This document shows positions 45,922-54,884 of a stretch of 64,000 nt of DNA, piece by piece. Under the pieces are notes generated by a model that searched no databases, had not been told where the DNA came from, and worked only from the letters and a program-made list of their open reading frames with translations. Each line of letters begins with the position of its first letter. Position 1 is the first letter of the stretch. A program made the position numbers and the translations under genes. The stretch comes from a virus (lineage: Duplodnaviria; Caudoviricetes), in IMG/VR virus record IMGVR_UViG_3300033121_001713, positions 35,475-99,474 of that record, one strand, 5' to 3'.

Positions 45922-47129
45922 ACGAGATCAGGGTACCGTTGACTTCTGACACTATCACGAATAGCGAAATAGATCAGCTTCGTGATTGGCTCGGAACATA
46001 TCCAAAACTGACTAAAGGAGACCTGACGCTCAAGTTCGAGAGAGAATGGTCGGCCGAAGTTGGCCTTCGATACTCGACTTTTGTCAATTCCGGCAGCTCT
46101 GCGATTTTGCTGACTCTTTCAGCAATGGTTGCGAAGGGTACCCTTCGACCAGGGAAAGACAAGATCGTCGTTCCTGCGCTGAGTTGGCTCACCGATGTCT
46201 CGAGCCCCATCAACCTGGGCTTCGAAGTTGTGCTCTGTGATGCCAATCCAATCGACCTATCATTGGACCTCGATCACCTCGAGCGGATCTTCGAGTCTGA
46301 CATTTCGACTAGGGCGGTCATCGTGGTATCCGTCCTGGGCCTGAGTCCAGACATGGATAGGCTAGTGAAGATGTGTCGGTCCGCTAATGCCACACTCATC
46401 GAGGATGTCTGTGAGTCTCTTGGCACCGACTTCAATGGAAATTGGCTGGGCACGTTTGGAGATGCATCAGTCTACTCCCTCTACTATGGACATCATGTCT
46501 CCACGATCGAAGGCGGGATGATATCCACTGACAATGAGGAACTTGATTCAGTGATCAGGTCCATGAGATCCCATGGATGGAGTAGAGACTGGTCGCATGA
46601 TCGAACAAAGGCTATGAATGAGCTGTATTCGATCGACGATTTCCAGTCGAAGTACGCCTTTTTCTACCCGGGCTATAATCTCAGGTCGACAGATCTTCAG
46701 GCTTTCATTGGTCGCTTGCAGGTTCCGAAGATAAAACGAGTGGCCGATCACAGGCATCAGAATTTCTTGGCGTACAATTCTGTGCTGAGCAATATCAACG
46801 GATTGCGACTCTCCGACGCAATCTCCAGGTCTAATTGCATATCGAATTTTGCTTATCCTATCCTTTTCGATTCATCCGACGAAAGGTCTTTCGCTGCGAC
46901 TCTCCTGGAGTACGCTGGAGTTGAATGCCGTCCGCTGATTGCAGGATCCATGGGTCGCCAGCCTTTCATGAAAGGGCTGACCAGCAATCAACAGACACCT
47001 TTCGCTAACATGATTCACACTCAAGGCATGTACCTTCCGAACAATCATTCGATGGGACAGCGTGAGATCGACATAGTGGCCGAATCCCTTGAACCTATCG
47101 TTCGTCGTCGGGCCTCCAGGAAGGCATAA
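45918..47129 (+). CDS. colD: GDP-4-keto-6-deoxy-D-mannose 3-dehydratase (ColD-like)
   Basis: VNSGSSA, IEDVCESLG, SLYYGHHVSTIEGGM (His replaces the PLP Lys), RSHGWSR, PGYNLR, ECRPLIAG. Confidence 0.8.
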   Translation: MNEIRVPLTSDTITNSEIDQLRDWLGTYPKLTKGDLTLKFEREWSAEVGLRYSTFVNSGSSAILLTLSAMVAKGTLRPGKDKIVVPALSWLTDVSSPINLGFEVVLCDANPIDLSLDLDHLERIFESDISTRAVIVVSVLGLSPDMDRLVKMCRSANATLIEDVCESLGTDFNGNWLGTFGDASVYSLYYGHHVSTIEGGMISTDNEELDSVIRSMRSHGWSRDWSHDRTKAMNELYSIDDFQSKYAFFYPGYNLRSTDLQAFIGRLQVPKIKRVADHRHQNFLAYNSVLSNINGLRLSDAISRSNCISNFAYPILFDSSDERSFAATLLEYAGVECRPLIAGSMGRQPFMKGLTSNQQTPFANMIHTQGMYLPNNHSMGQREIDIVAESLEPIVRRRASRKA

Positions 47130-47161
47130 TATCAATCCAAAGAAAGAACAGTCCATTGACC

Positions 47162-47728
47162 ATGCCAACAGCTAAGATCAAGAAGTTGAAGAGCACTGAC
47201 GTTCCAGCAGCGACAGTCGAGCCAGTTTCCGGTGCTAATCTCGGCGCCAATCCGTCTGGCGTGAATCCAGCTCGAATCAAGGAACTCGAAGACAAGTGGG
47301 ACGAAGTGAGAAACAAGTTGGCCACGAGCGTCTACAAGTTCAAGCTCGAGAGCGATCTTGCCATGCACTTCCGCGATGAGGTCATCGAGAAGATCAGTTG
47401 GAAGAGCTACGAGGCATTCGCGATCGAGAAGATCCTAGAGAAGTTGGACGAGTGCATCGATGGGCAACAGGGCGCCGCTGAGATCGAGTTCGATTTCTCG
47501 AACGATATCTTCGAGGTGACAGTCGTCTACCTAAGGAACTACTACTCCAGCGGTAGGAAGAATGCAGTCGCCTTCAGGAAGATCGCCGACAAGATCGCTC
47601 CTCTCATGAAGGAACAACAGGAGCTCCAGAAAGCTCTTCAGGCTGCATCGGTCGACCTTGAGGCCGCCAGGCATGGACTCTCAACTCAACAATACCTCGA
47701 CCTGGTGAGGAAATCCCAACAGCAATGA
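47162..47728 (+). CDS. Hypothetical helical protein
   Basis: Strong codon bias; coupled to the next ORF. Confidence 0.75.
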   Translation: MPTAKIKKLKSTDVPAATVEPVSGANLGANPSGVNPARIKELEDKWDEVRNKLATSVYKFKLESDLAMHFRDEVIEKISWKSYEAFAIEKILEKLDECIDGQQGAAEIEFDFSNDIFEVTVVYLRNYYSSGRKNAVAFRKIADKIAPLMKEQQELQKALQAASVDLEAARHGLSTQQYLDLVRKSQQQ

Positions 47729-48045
47729 GCGAGATCGATATCAAGACCAGAACGACCTGGGGTTTCATGGGAGCCATAATTCTTCTTCTGGCTCTACAGA
47801 CATGTAACTCCTGTGGCACCTCCACTAAGATTGGCAAAATCAACAGGAGGCTAGATGCGATCGATTCGACCGTGGCCACCAAGCCATCCAAGGCCGAGAC
47901 CGAACGGATCATCAAAGTCGAAGGCCTGAGGATCTCCAAGCGCAATCTCTACGACCAGAATGCCATTGTCAGGACCACTATCCGACCGGATGATCGCATG
48001 AACGATTACGACAGCGAGATCGATTCCCTTTCCAAGGACATGTGA
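47725..48045 (+). CDS. Small membrane-anchored/lipoprotein-like protein
   Basis: Hydrophobic N-terminus ending LALQTCNSC, then a coiled segment. Confidence 0.65.
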   Translation: MSEIDIKTRTTWGFMGAIILLLALQTCNSCGTSTKIGKINRRLDAIDSTVATKPSKAETERIIKVEGLRISKRNLYDQNAIVRTTIRPDDRMNDYDSEIDSLSKDM

Positions 48046-48097
48046 CCCCAACTGGCCAGGATTCTGGCCACTGATTCCGGAGACCTCGCATCCGGAG

Positions 48098-48129
48098 CGA
48101 AAAGGACCTATGGGTCCTTTTCGTTTTTG
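48098..48129. terminator. Likely bidirectional terminator between convergent genes
   Basis: cgaaaaggacc-tatg-ggtccttttcg (11-bp stem) plus tttttg. Confidence 0.85.
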
Positions 48130-48220
48130 TTTCCGGGTAACATCCGTTTTTGGTGTTCCTTGGGTACACGATCAGTATATAGGGAAAACAACCAAACCCA
48201 CTACCGTGAACGAAATACTC

Positions 48221-49048
48221 TTAGCTCGTCATCTGCTTCGATCGAAGCTTATCAAGAGCTCCATATTCAAGTTCTGGTTCCATTGGATTGCGTTTGACGA
48301 TCTGGTGACAGATCCAGACGAACGAATCCAGATCAAGATCCCATTTGATTTGGTTGATGAACTTGTGGACCCATTGGACATTGTCTTTGGTGTATCCCTT
48401 GTTCGAATCGATCCTGTCTATCGAAGCAGTAGATTTGCCTTGGGAGAATTCACGGCAACTATCAGAAACTGAGATTGGAAGTCCTGAGACGGCGCATTTG
48501 CCACACTGAAGTTCGAAGAGCTCACGCATGAACTTCTCATCTATAGCGAATTCCCTTTTGTGTTTCTTGGCTCTGGCAAGAGCGCTTTCAACGTGCTTAT
48601 GGAACGCGTCCTTCTTCCTTGGATCGGTTCGACACGCTTTGCAACCGCTTTCGACGATGTTAGCAAAATCTCTGCCACTCAATAGCTTCTCGAATCCACA
48701 TTCACATCGAGTTCTCCATTGAAGCCGTCTCGAACCATCTTTGAACCGGTGGAACTCATGGCCAATCACCTCCCATTTACCAAATCTCTTTCCTGTAAGA
48801 TCGGATGAGTTCTTGTGTAGCTGATCATCGGGTCTTTTGTTGCTGCATGATCTGCAGGTTTGGCCGGCATGGTTTCCAAAGACTGCTCCACAGCTGTCCC
48901 ATTTTTCCTTACCACACTTACATCGGTAGAGTGCTTTGCGCTTAGCGATTTTGATTTCGATCGCCGTCCATGTTCCGTAGAGATGTCCAATGATAGGCGT
49001 CTTGACTTTGCGATTCGTCTTGGGATTGAGAATGTATTGGTGATCCAT
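48221..49048 (-). mobile_element. HNH-type homing endonuclease with two Zn-binding repeats
   Basis: DLTGKRFGKW..., CKCG/CECG repeats, QCGKCAVSG, ASIDRIDSNKGYTKDNVQWVHKFINQIK; inverted orientation and AT-richer. Confidence 0.88.
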
Positions 49049-49051
49049 GAT

Positions 49052-49060
49052 GTATGTATT
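49052..49060 (-). promoter_or_regulatory. Putative late promoter AATACATAC for the HNH gene
   Basis: Minus strand reads AATACATAC-ATC-ATG. Confidence 0.65.
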
Positions 49061-49111
49061 CGGATGATAGTTGACACAAGCAAACAGATTTTTGCATTCG
49101 ATCGGATCGCC

Positions 49112-49120
49112 TATACATAG
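49112..49120 (+). promoter_or_regulatory. Putative late promoter TATACATAG
   Basis: Intergenic, 20 nt before ATG 49141. Confidence 0.65.
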
Positions 49121-49140
49121 CCAAACAGGTTACCCCGCTC

Positions 49141-50034
49141 ATGTCTCATACCAAACTTTTCTTAGAGGGAGTTTGCGTTTGCGTTAATTATGGCGATTTT
49201 CTCGCTGAGACGCTTCCGCAAAATAAGCAGCACTTCAACCGGTTGGTCGTCGTGACTGACAAGCAGGACACGTGGACGAAGACGGTATGTGAGTATCACC
49301 ACGTCAAATGTGTGCAGACTGATGTCTTCTATGAGAATGGAGATGTTTTCAACAAGGGCAAAGGGATCAATGAGGGTCTCAAGCACCTCTCCAACGAGGG
49401 CTGGGTTGTTCAGCTAGACGCTGACATCTACCTGCCTCCAATGATGAGGGCAATCCTCGAGAAGATCGAGCTCGATCCTCAGACGATCTATTCGATGGAC
49501 AGGGTCATGTGCCCTAACTACGTCGAATGGAGGCGATTCATGAGCAAGCCAAGGCTCATGCACGAGGCACACATCTATGTTCATACCGAGATCGGTGGCT
49601 CAAGGCCATGGCCAATCGGCGTCAGAATAGCCGAGTACATGAACAAGGGATATGAGCCCATCGGTTTCTTCCAGATGTGGAATCCTCAGCACTCTGGGGT
49701 GCACGAATACCCTACCGAGCATGGAAAGGCCGATCGCACAGACGTTCTCCATGCCAAGAAGTTCTCAAGGATTAAGCGACAGATGCTTCCTGAATTGCTC
49801 TGCATACACTTGGATTCGGAAGGATTGAAGACTAATCAGATGGGCAAGAATTGGAACGGTCGCAAGACATTCCCATTCACTGTCGAATACCTGTTGGGCA
49901 CCAAGGGATATGGCCCTTCGTGTTGGACGCTCTTCTGGATGTACATCTGTAGCTGGTTCAGTGGTCCAATCTGGTGTTGGCTGTTTGGATGGACTGGTCT
50001 CTGCTGCGCTAAGCCGCATAAACCAAGCTGTTGA
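49141..50034 (+). CDS. GT-A fold glycosyltransferase with a Trp/Cys-rich C-terminal tail
   Basis: VCVNYGDFL..TLP, FNKGKGIN, VVQLDADI, IGFFQMW, NWNGR. Confidence 0.8.
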   Translation: MSHTKLFLEGVCVCVNYGDFLAETLPQNKQHFNRLVVVTDKQDTWTKTVCEYHHVKCVQTDVFYENGDVFNKGKGINEGLKHLSNEGWVVQLDADIYLPPMMRAILEKIELDPQTIYSMDRVMCPNYVEWRRFMSKPRLMHEAHIYVHTEIGGSRPWPIGVRIAEYMNKGYEPIGFFQMWNPQHSGVHEYPTEHGKADRTDVLHAKKFSRIKRQMLPELLCIHLDSEGLKTNQMGKNWNGRKTFPFTVEYLLGTKGYGPSCWTLFWMYICSWFSGPIWCWLFGWTGLCCAKPHKPSC

Positions 50035-50049
50035 GCATATGATGGGCAA

Positions 50050-51228
50050 ATGTCCCATCATCAACCATCGCTGGCTAGCGGCCAGAGGCAAATCAAGAAT
50101 TTCTCCAGGACTATCGACTCCGAATACAGGAGGCTGCTCAACACGATCATGGAGTTGGGCAGGGAGAAAGATGACCGTACCGGCACAGGCACGATAGCCA
50201 CCTTCGGCCAGATGCTGAAGGTGAATGCTGATCCTGAACAGTTTCCTATCCTCCTTGGCAAGAAGATGTTCTTTCGAGGGATAGTCGAGGAGCTTCTGTG
50301 GTTCATCAGTGGTAGCACCAACATCAAGCCTCTCATCGAGAAAGGCGTGCATATTTGGAACGGCGACGCGTACAAGAAGTACCGAAGCACTCCGATCAGC
50401 CAGATCGATATCAATTTCCTGGCTATCAGGACAAAACCGTATCCTGGTCATGAGAAGGATGAGAAGATCATTCCTCTTGAGACTGGAGAGCTGACACACG
50501 ATTACCTGACAGAGAACGAGTTCATAGAGAGGATCAGGGTCAGCCCAAAATTCGCCGAGAAATGGGGAGAGCTAGGTCCAGTCTATGGGAAGCAGTGGAG
50601 GGAGTGGCCAACATACAAGACGGATGGATTTGAGACCTGGAAAGGCGATTCGATCGACCAGTTCAAGGCTGCGATCGAGACGCTCAAGACGAACCCAGAT
50701 TCCAGGAGGATCATAGTAAACGCATGGAATCCGGCTGATGTCCCATCGATGACACTGCCACCATGTCATTTTGCCTATCAATTCCAGACAGAAGTGCTCA
50801 CTGAATTCGAGCGTAGGGCGACATTCGAAGAGAAGACGAATTCGAGGTTCGATGGTCAATCTGGCCGGCTTGAGATGTTCAGCGATTGGCCGACTCGGAG
50901 GCTCAATCTCGCTATGAGCCAACGCTCTGCGGATTGTTTTCTTGGTGTGCCATTCAACATCACCTCCTACGCTCTTCTGCTCAACCTGGTAGCTAGGGAG
51001 GTGAATATGATCCCGGGTGAATTGACCATCTTCTTCGGTGATCTTCACCTCTACAAGAACCACATGACCTTCGTCGAGGAATTCTACAGCAGGGACACCA
51101 GCTCCATGAAATACCCGAAGCTGTCTATCTCGGCCGGCAAATCGATCTTCGATCTCAAGTCGGAAGACATCTCGCTTATCGATTACCAGGCGCTTCCAAA
51201 TTGGAAGGACGTTCCACTCTCTAACTGA
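50050..51228 (+). CDS. thyA: Thymidylate synthase
   Basis: DRTGTGT, EELLWFISGSTNI, LGPVYGKQWR, LPPCH, QRSADCFLGVPFNITSY, DLHLYKNH. Confidence 0.96.
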   Translation: MSHHQPSLASGQRQIKNFSRTIDSEYRRLLNTIMELGREKDDRTGTGTIATFGQMLKVNADPEQFPILLGKKMFFRGIVEELLWFISGSTNIKPLIEKGVHIWNGDAYKKYRSTPISQIDINFLAIRTKPYPGHEKDEKIIPLETGELTHDYLTENEFIERIRVSPKFAEKWGELGPVYGKQWREWPTYKTDGFETWKGDSIDQFKAAIETLKTNPDSRRIIVNAWNPADVPSMTLPPCHFAYQFQTEVLTEFERRATFEEKTNSRFDGQSGRLEMFSDWPTRRLNLAMSQRSADCFLGVPFNITSYALLLNLVAREVNMIPGELTIFFGDLHLYKNHMTFVEEFYSRDTSSMKYPKLSISAGKSIFDLKSEDISLIDYQALPNWKDVPLSN

Positions 51229-51740
51229 TGATTACCGAAATAAAGCCAAACGAACGAGAGCCGATTGGTTCTAGGTTATTCAGGGTCTTCCTGGCCGGCT
51301 CGATCGAGCAGGGCAAAGCCACGAGGTGGCACAGCTCCGTGGTCAAGGCCCTCGACGAGGCCAAGCTCAACGTGGCGGTCTACAACCCGAGGAGGGAGAA
51401 CTGGGACCCGACCTGGGATCAGAGCCCGGAGAACCCACAGTTCAAGGCGCAGGTCGAGTGGGAGCTATCTAGGATCGAGCGATCGGACATCGTCTTCTTC
51501 TACTTCGAGCCTGGCACCATATCACCAATTACGCTGCTCGAGCTCGGCCTCTGCCTCGGCGCGAGGCGGAGCGTGATCGTTTGCTGCCCAGACGGGTTCC
51601 ACAGGAAGGGCAACGTCCAGGTCACCATGAGTTGGGAGGGCCGAGGGCATCGGCTCCACGACGAGTTCACATCTGCCGTGATGGCCCTGATCGACTCCAT
51701 CAGAGTCCAGGCTAGTGGCCCTAGGATACATAAGAAGTGA
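51228..51740 (+). CDS. Nucleoside 2-deoxyribosyltransferase-like protein
   Basis: VFLAGSIE, YNPRR, QVEWEL, SPITLLELG, RKGNV. Confidence 0.85.
   Translation: MITEIKPNEREPIGSRLFRVFLAGSIEQGKATRWHSSVVKALDEAKLNVAVYNPRRENWDPTWDQSPENPQFKAQVEWELSRIERSDIVFFYFEPGTISPITLLELGLCLGARRSVIVCCPDGFHRKGNVQVTMSWEGRGHRLHDEFTSAVMALIDSIRVQASGPRIHKK
51725..51733 (+). promoter_or_regulatory. Putative late promoter GATACATAA
   Basis: 3 nt before GTG 51737. Confidence 0.55.
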
Positions 51741-52591
51741 TAGGTGAATTTCACTTCTATGTCTACTTTCATCTTAAGCCTGGGACCTCGGAGGTCTACT
51801 ATGTGGGAATGGGCCATGGAGATAGGGCCCATTCCGTTAAAGTCCCAAGGAACCCCTTTTGGAAGGCGGTCTACGACAAGCACGGAGCAGAGATCAGGCT
51901 GATCCATGAAGGCCTCTCTAAAGAAGAGGCCTTTGAGCTTGAGCGTCATTACATCAAGGAAATTGGGCGGCGAGATCTTGGGTTAGGGACGTTGACTAAT
52001 CTCACGGACGGTGGGGAGGGCCTGATTGGGCCATCCAAGGAGACACGAAAGAAAATGTCTGAGAGCGCTAGTGTCTCCGGAAAGAGAAGGTTTACTAGCC
52101 AAGCTGAGCGTGACCGAGCCAAGGAGAGCATGAGAGCGGTTTGGAACAATTTAACCGATGAAGAGAGAGCTAAAAGGCTCAAAAACGTTCAAGATGCTTT
52201 CACTCCGGAAATCGGAGCGAAGATCGCTGCTAAGGTGAAAGCCTACTATGAACAGGACTCAAATCGCGAGGCCCAGTCACAAAGACTCAAGGAAAGTTGG
52301 CAAAAGGATTCGGAACGAAAGGCAGCCATGTCGGTAAGAAGCAGCCAATACTGGGCCAATGAATCTAATCGAAAGGAGCAATCCAGCAAAATGCGCCAAT
52401 TCTATTCTGACGAAGCCAATCGCGAAGCGACAGCCAATTACACGAGGGATCAGTGGAAAGATCCGGCAATCAGAAAGAGAAGATCGGATGGCATCAAAAG
52501 AAAGTACGCTTCGGATCCCGAGTTTCGGAAAAAGATCTCCGAAAGCAGTAAGGCTCGATGGAAAAAATGGAGGGAAGCTAAATCGAAATGA
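51737..52591 (+). mobile_element. Free-standing GIY-YIG-like homing endonuclease with helical repeat C-terminus
   Basis: FYVYFH...YYVGMG..RA...NLTDGGEG; repeated S.....W...E.R units. Confidence 0.87.
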
Positions 52592-53202
52592 CTAAGATCC
52601 AAAAGTGGGTGATCGGCATTTTCATCGCCCTCTACCTCGTGACGGGCGGAATCTCGACAATCCACTCAATCGAATTTTTCAAGCTGGCTAATCCGGACTG
52701 GCTAGCTGTGTCATTAGCCGCTGCATTCGAGATCGGCGCAATGGCATGCTTGGCCGCGATCATAGTCCTGGACAAGACTATCCGATGGATGGTGTGGACC
52801 CTGTTCATTCTAGTCACCGGGGTGCAGATTTTGGGCAACATGTACTACTCGTACTCTCATCTTGCGAATTTCAGCCAGTGGTCAGAACTGTTCGGACTGA
52901 TAGATCAGGACAAGATGCTTCAGAAGAGGATTCTCTCGATCATCACCGGCGGCATTTTGCCTGTGGTTGCGCTTGGATTCATCAAATCGCTTGTGGACGT
53001 GGCTCGTCCGAAGAAGGTAGAGGCTACCTCGGTTTCGGAACTATTGCCAAAGGAAGATGAGACAGCCTCGAACGCCGTTGAAGATCAACCGAACATAACG
53101 CCCGAGCCAACTCCCGTTGAGCCGATCGAGCAGCCTCCGACTGAGCCCCCGGCCGATACATACATAGCGCCAAATCCGCCACAGAGGTTTGGCGCTATGT
53201 AA
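52588..53202 (+). CDS. Four-TM membrane protein with Pro-rich acidic tail
   Basis: Four hydrophobic segments; AAAFEIG, QILGN, GGILPVV. Confidence 0.8.
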   Translation: MTKIQKWVIGIFIALYLVTGGISTIHSIEFFKLANPDWLAVSLAAAFEIGAMACLAAIIVLDKTIRWMVWTLFILVTGVQILGNMYYSYSHLANFSQWSELFGLIDQDKMLQKRILSIITGGILPVVALGFIKSLVDVARPKKVEATSVSELLPKEDETASNAVEDQPNITPEPTPVEPIEQPPTEPPADTYIAPNPPQRFGAM

Positions 53203-53205
53203 AAG

Positions 53206-53730
53206 ATGGCAATCGTCAGAACCGGCGAAACTCAATTCTCCCAGTCATTTCTGGATCTGCAGAAGGACTTCTGCTGCAATGACTCAAACAGCGATAAGCT
53301 TATCCGTTGGATAGGGTGCACGCCAGCGATCTATCGTGGCGCAAAGACCCTGTTCAGTTCTGAGGAGCTTTCTCTGTGCCGATTTTTCCAGAAGATCGAC
53401 ACATACCAGTTCTATGAGTTCGAGCTCTCTCCAGAAGAGACTGCCACTGCTAGCATAGATGCCAGATTCCTCATGATCAGGGTCAAATGGCCAACTGACA
53501 TCGAGGTATTAGAGTCGGAAAAGATCCTTGAGATCGGATTGAATGGCCAAGCTGGTTACGTTGGCATGACAATCCCATTCAACGTTGGCGTTCCTGATCC
53601 AGAGGTCTTCTACTATTCCGTTATCCGAGATCTCTTCATCATGAACTGTGAGTCGAAGCTTACGCCCACACTGAAACTCAACAACATTTCGATCCATCAG
53701 GCTGATGTGGCGGTCTTCGCAGCCAAATGA
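53206..53730 (+). CDS. Hypothetical (possibly structural) protein
   Basis: Preceded by GATACATACATAG at 53155-53167. Confidence 0.7.
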   Translation: MAIVRTGETQFSQSFLDLQKDFCCNDSNSDKLIRWIGCTPAIYRGAKTLFSSEELSLCRFFQKIDTYQFYEFELSPEETATASIDARFLMIRVKWPTDIEVLESEKILEIGLNGQAGYVGMTIPFNVGVPDPEVFYYSVIRDLFIMNCESKLTPTLKLNNISIHQADVAVFAAK

Positions 53731-54272
53731 TAGAGCTTGGAAAAATAGTCCAGCATGAGATGAGAGAAGGTGAAGAAAGTAACAAGGTTCCGTTCCTCCA
53801 CGTTCGGTTTCCATCACAGACTCATCAAACCCTGGATACTGCTCCTGGCACGCGAAACTATCCTATGGGAGACAATGTGTACCTGAAGACTAACTCTCCT
53901 ATCTTTGGCGTCGGTCCAATGGGCCATATCGAGATCAAGAAGCCAGGCACTTACATGCTTCATCTTGATATTCGCATCGACGAAGTAGATGGCGATTGGG
54001 TATGCTCTGGAATGCAGGCTTTCGCCGATATCGAGGAAATAGATGCACAGCCACAATCGCAATCTAAAGAGATCGAACTTATGTGTGAGGCCATCTCCGA
54101 AGATGTCATCGATCTCAGAAAGGCTAGGTTCCATTCTTCTAGCATGATTCACGTTGGAGATGGGACGTTTGGAATCGATGGATATGGGGCAAAAATGATG
54201 CTGAGAATCCTAACCGAGGGCGATTACACGTACAGCGCCGAGATGCAACTCACCGTAACTAAGCTAAGCTAA
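53727..54272 (+). CDS. Hypothetical beta-rich protein
   Basis: Coupled ORF. Confidence 0.7.
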   Translation: MIELGKIVQHEMREGEESNKVPFLHVRFPSQTHQTLDTAPGTRNYPMGDNVYLKTNSPIFGVGPMGHIEIKKPGTYMLHLDIRIDEVDGDWVCSGMQAFADIEEIDAQPQSQSKEIELMCEAISEDVIDLRKARFHSSSMIHVGDGTFGIDGYGAKMMLRILTEGDYTYSAEMQLTVTKLS

Positions 54273-54273
54273 C

Positions 54274-54606
54274 ATGGCCACACAACAGAGATCCGATCTC
54301 TACGATCAATTCGTTTCTGGCACAGCCGCAACGGAGGACAAATTCGTCGATTTGATCGATTCGAGCTACAACAGGAGAGACGATTCGGTTCTCCTTGGAC
54401 CAACAGGCTCCACGGGGTTGAACGGCCTCATTGGCCCATCTGGAGCTACTTTCTATAACGGCCTCTTCCTATCCTCGAGTTCAGTTCCATCCGGCCCAAC
54501 AGCGTCTGGGATGACAGGAGAGGTAGTCATCGACACTGGCAGCGATTTTCTCTACATCTGTGGAGGAAGCTATTGGGTGCGAGTCACTTGCAACTCTTCC
54601 TTCTGA
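54274..54606 (+). CDS. Small putative virion decoration/fibre protein
   Basis: FVSG...TEDKFVDLIDS; GPTGSTG; G..GEVVID.....YIC....WVRV fibre-type C-terminus. Confidence 0.65.
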   Translation: MATQQRSDLYDQFVSGTAATEDKFVDLIDSSYNRRDDSVLLGPTGSTGLNGLIGPSGATFYNGLFLSSSSVPSGPTASGMTGEVVIDTGSDFLYICGGSYWVRVTCNSSF

Positions 54607-54647
54607 CGTCCGATGATCCGATAATCGGACGATCCGATATCCGGCAT

Positions 54648-54884
54648 ATGAGCCAAAAAAGCTCCGAACCGGACATGTCCCAACGCGTAGAAACAATCGG
54701 TCAGGCGATCTCTGTCCTGATCCAGACTGCGAATCTAGCACAGAGCCGAGGCATCCTATCTTTCGAAGATGCAGTCATAGTCAAATCGGCCATAGATTTC
54801 GTTCAAGATCGTATCAAGGAATCGGTTGCTAATCAACCGGCCGTGGTCAGCGGATCTATCGAAACAGACGAAATCACTCAATGA
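54648..54884 (+). CDS. Hypothetical protein
   Basis: QAISVLIQTANLAQSRGILSFEDA. Confidence 0.7.
   Translation: MSQKSSEPDMSQRVETIGQAISVLIQTANLAQSRGILSFEDAVIVKSAIDFVQDRIKESVANQPAVVSGSIETDEITQ

Noticed and set aside
48110-48472. 120-aa plus-strand ORF
   Set aside because: Starts inside a terminator hairpin and is mostly antisense to the HNH gene.
50050-51228. ThyA homolog as a dCMP hydroxymethylase for glucosylated DNA
   Set aside because: It retains canonical ThyA motifs including the dUMP-specific Asn.
54607-54645. gtccgat...atcggac hairpin with repeated gatccgat
   Set aside because: Short, no U tract, and GATC/CGAT words are very common in this genome, so it is not distinguishable from background.
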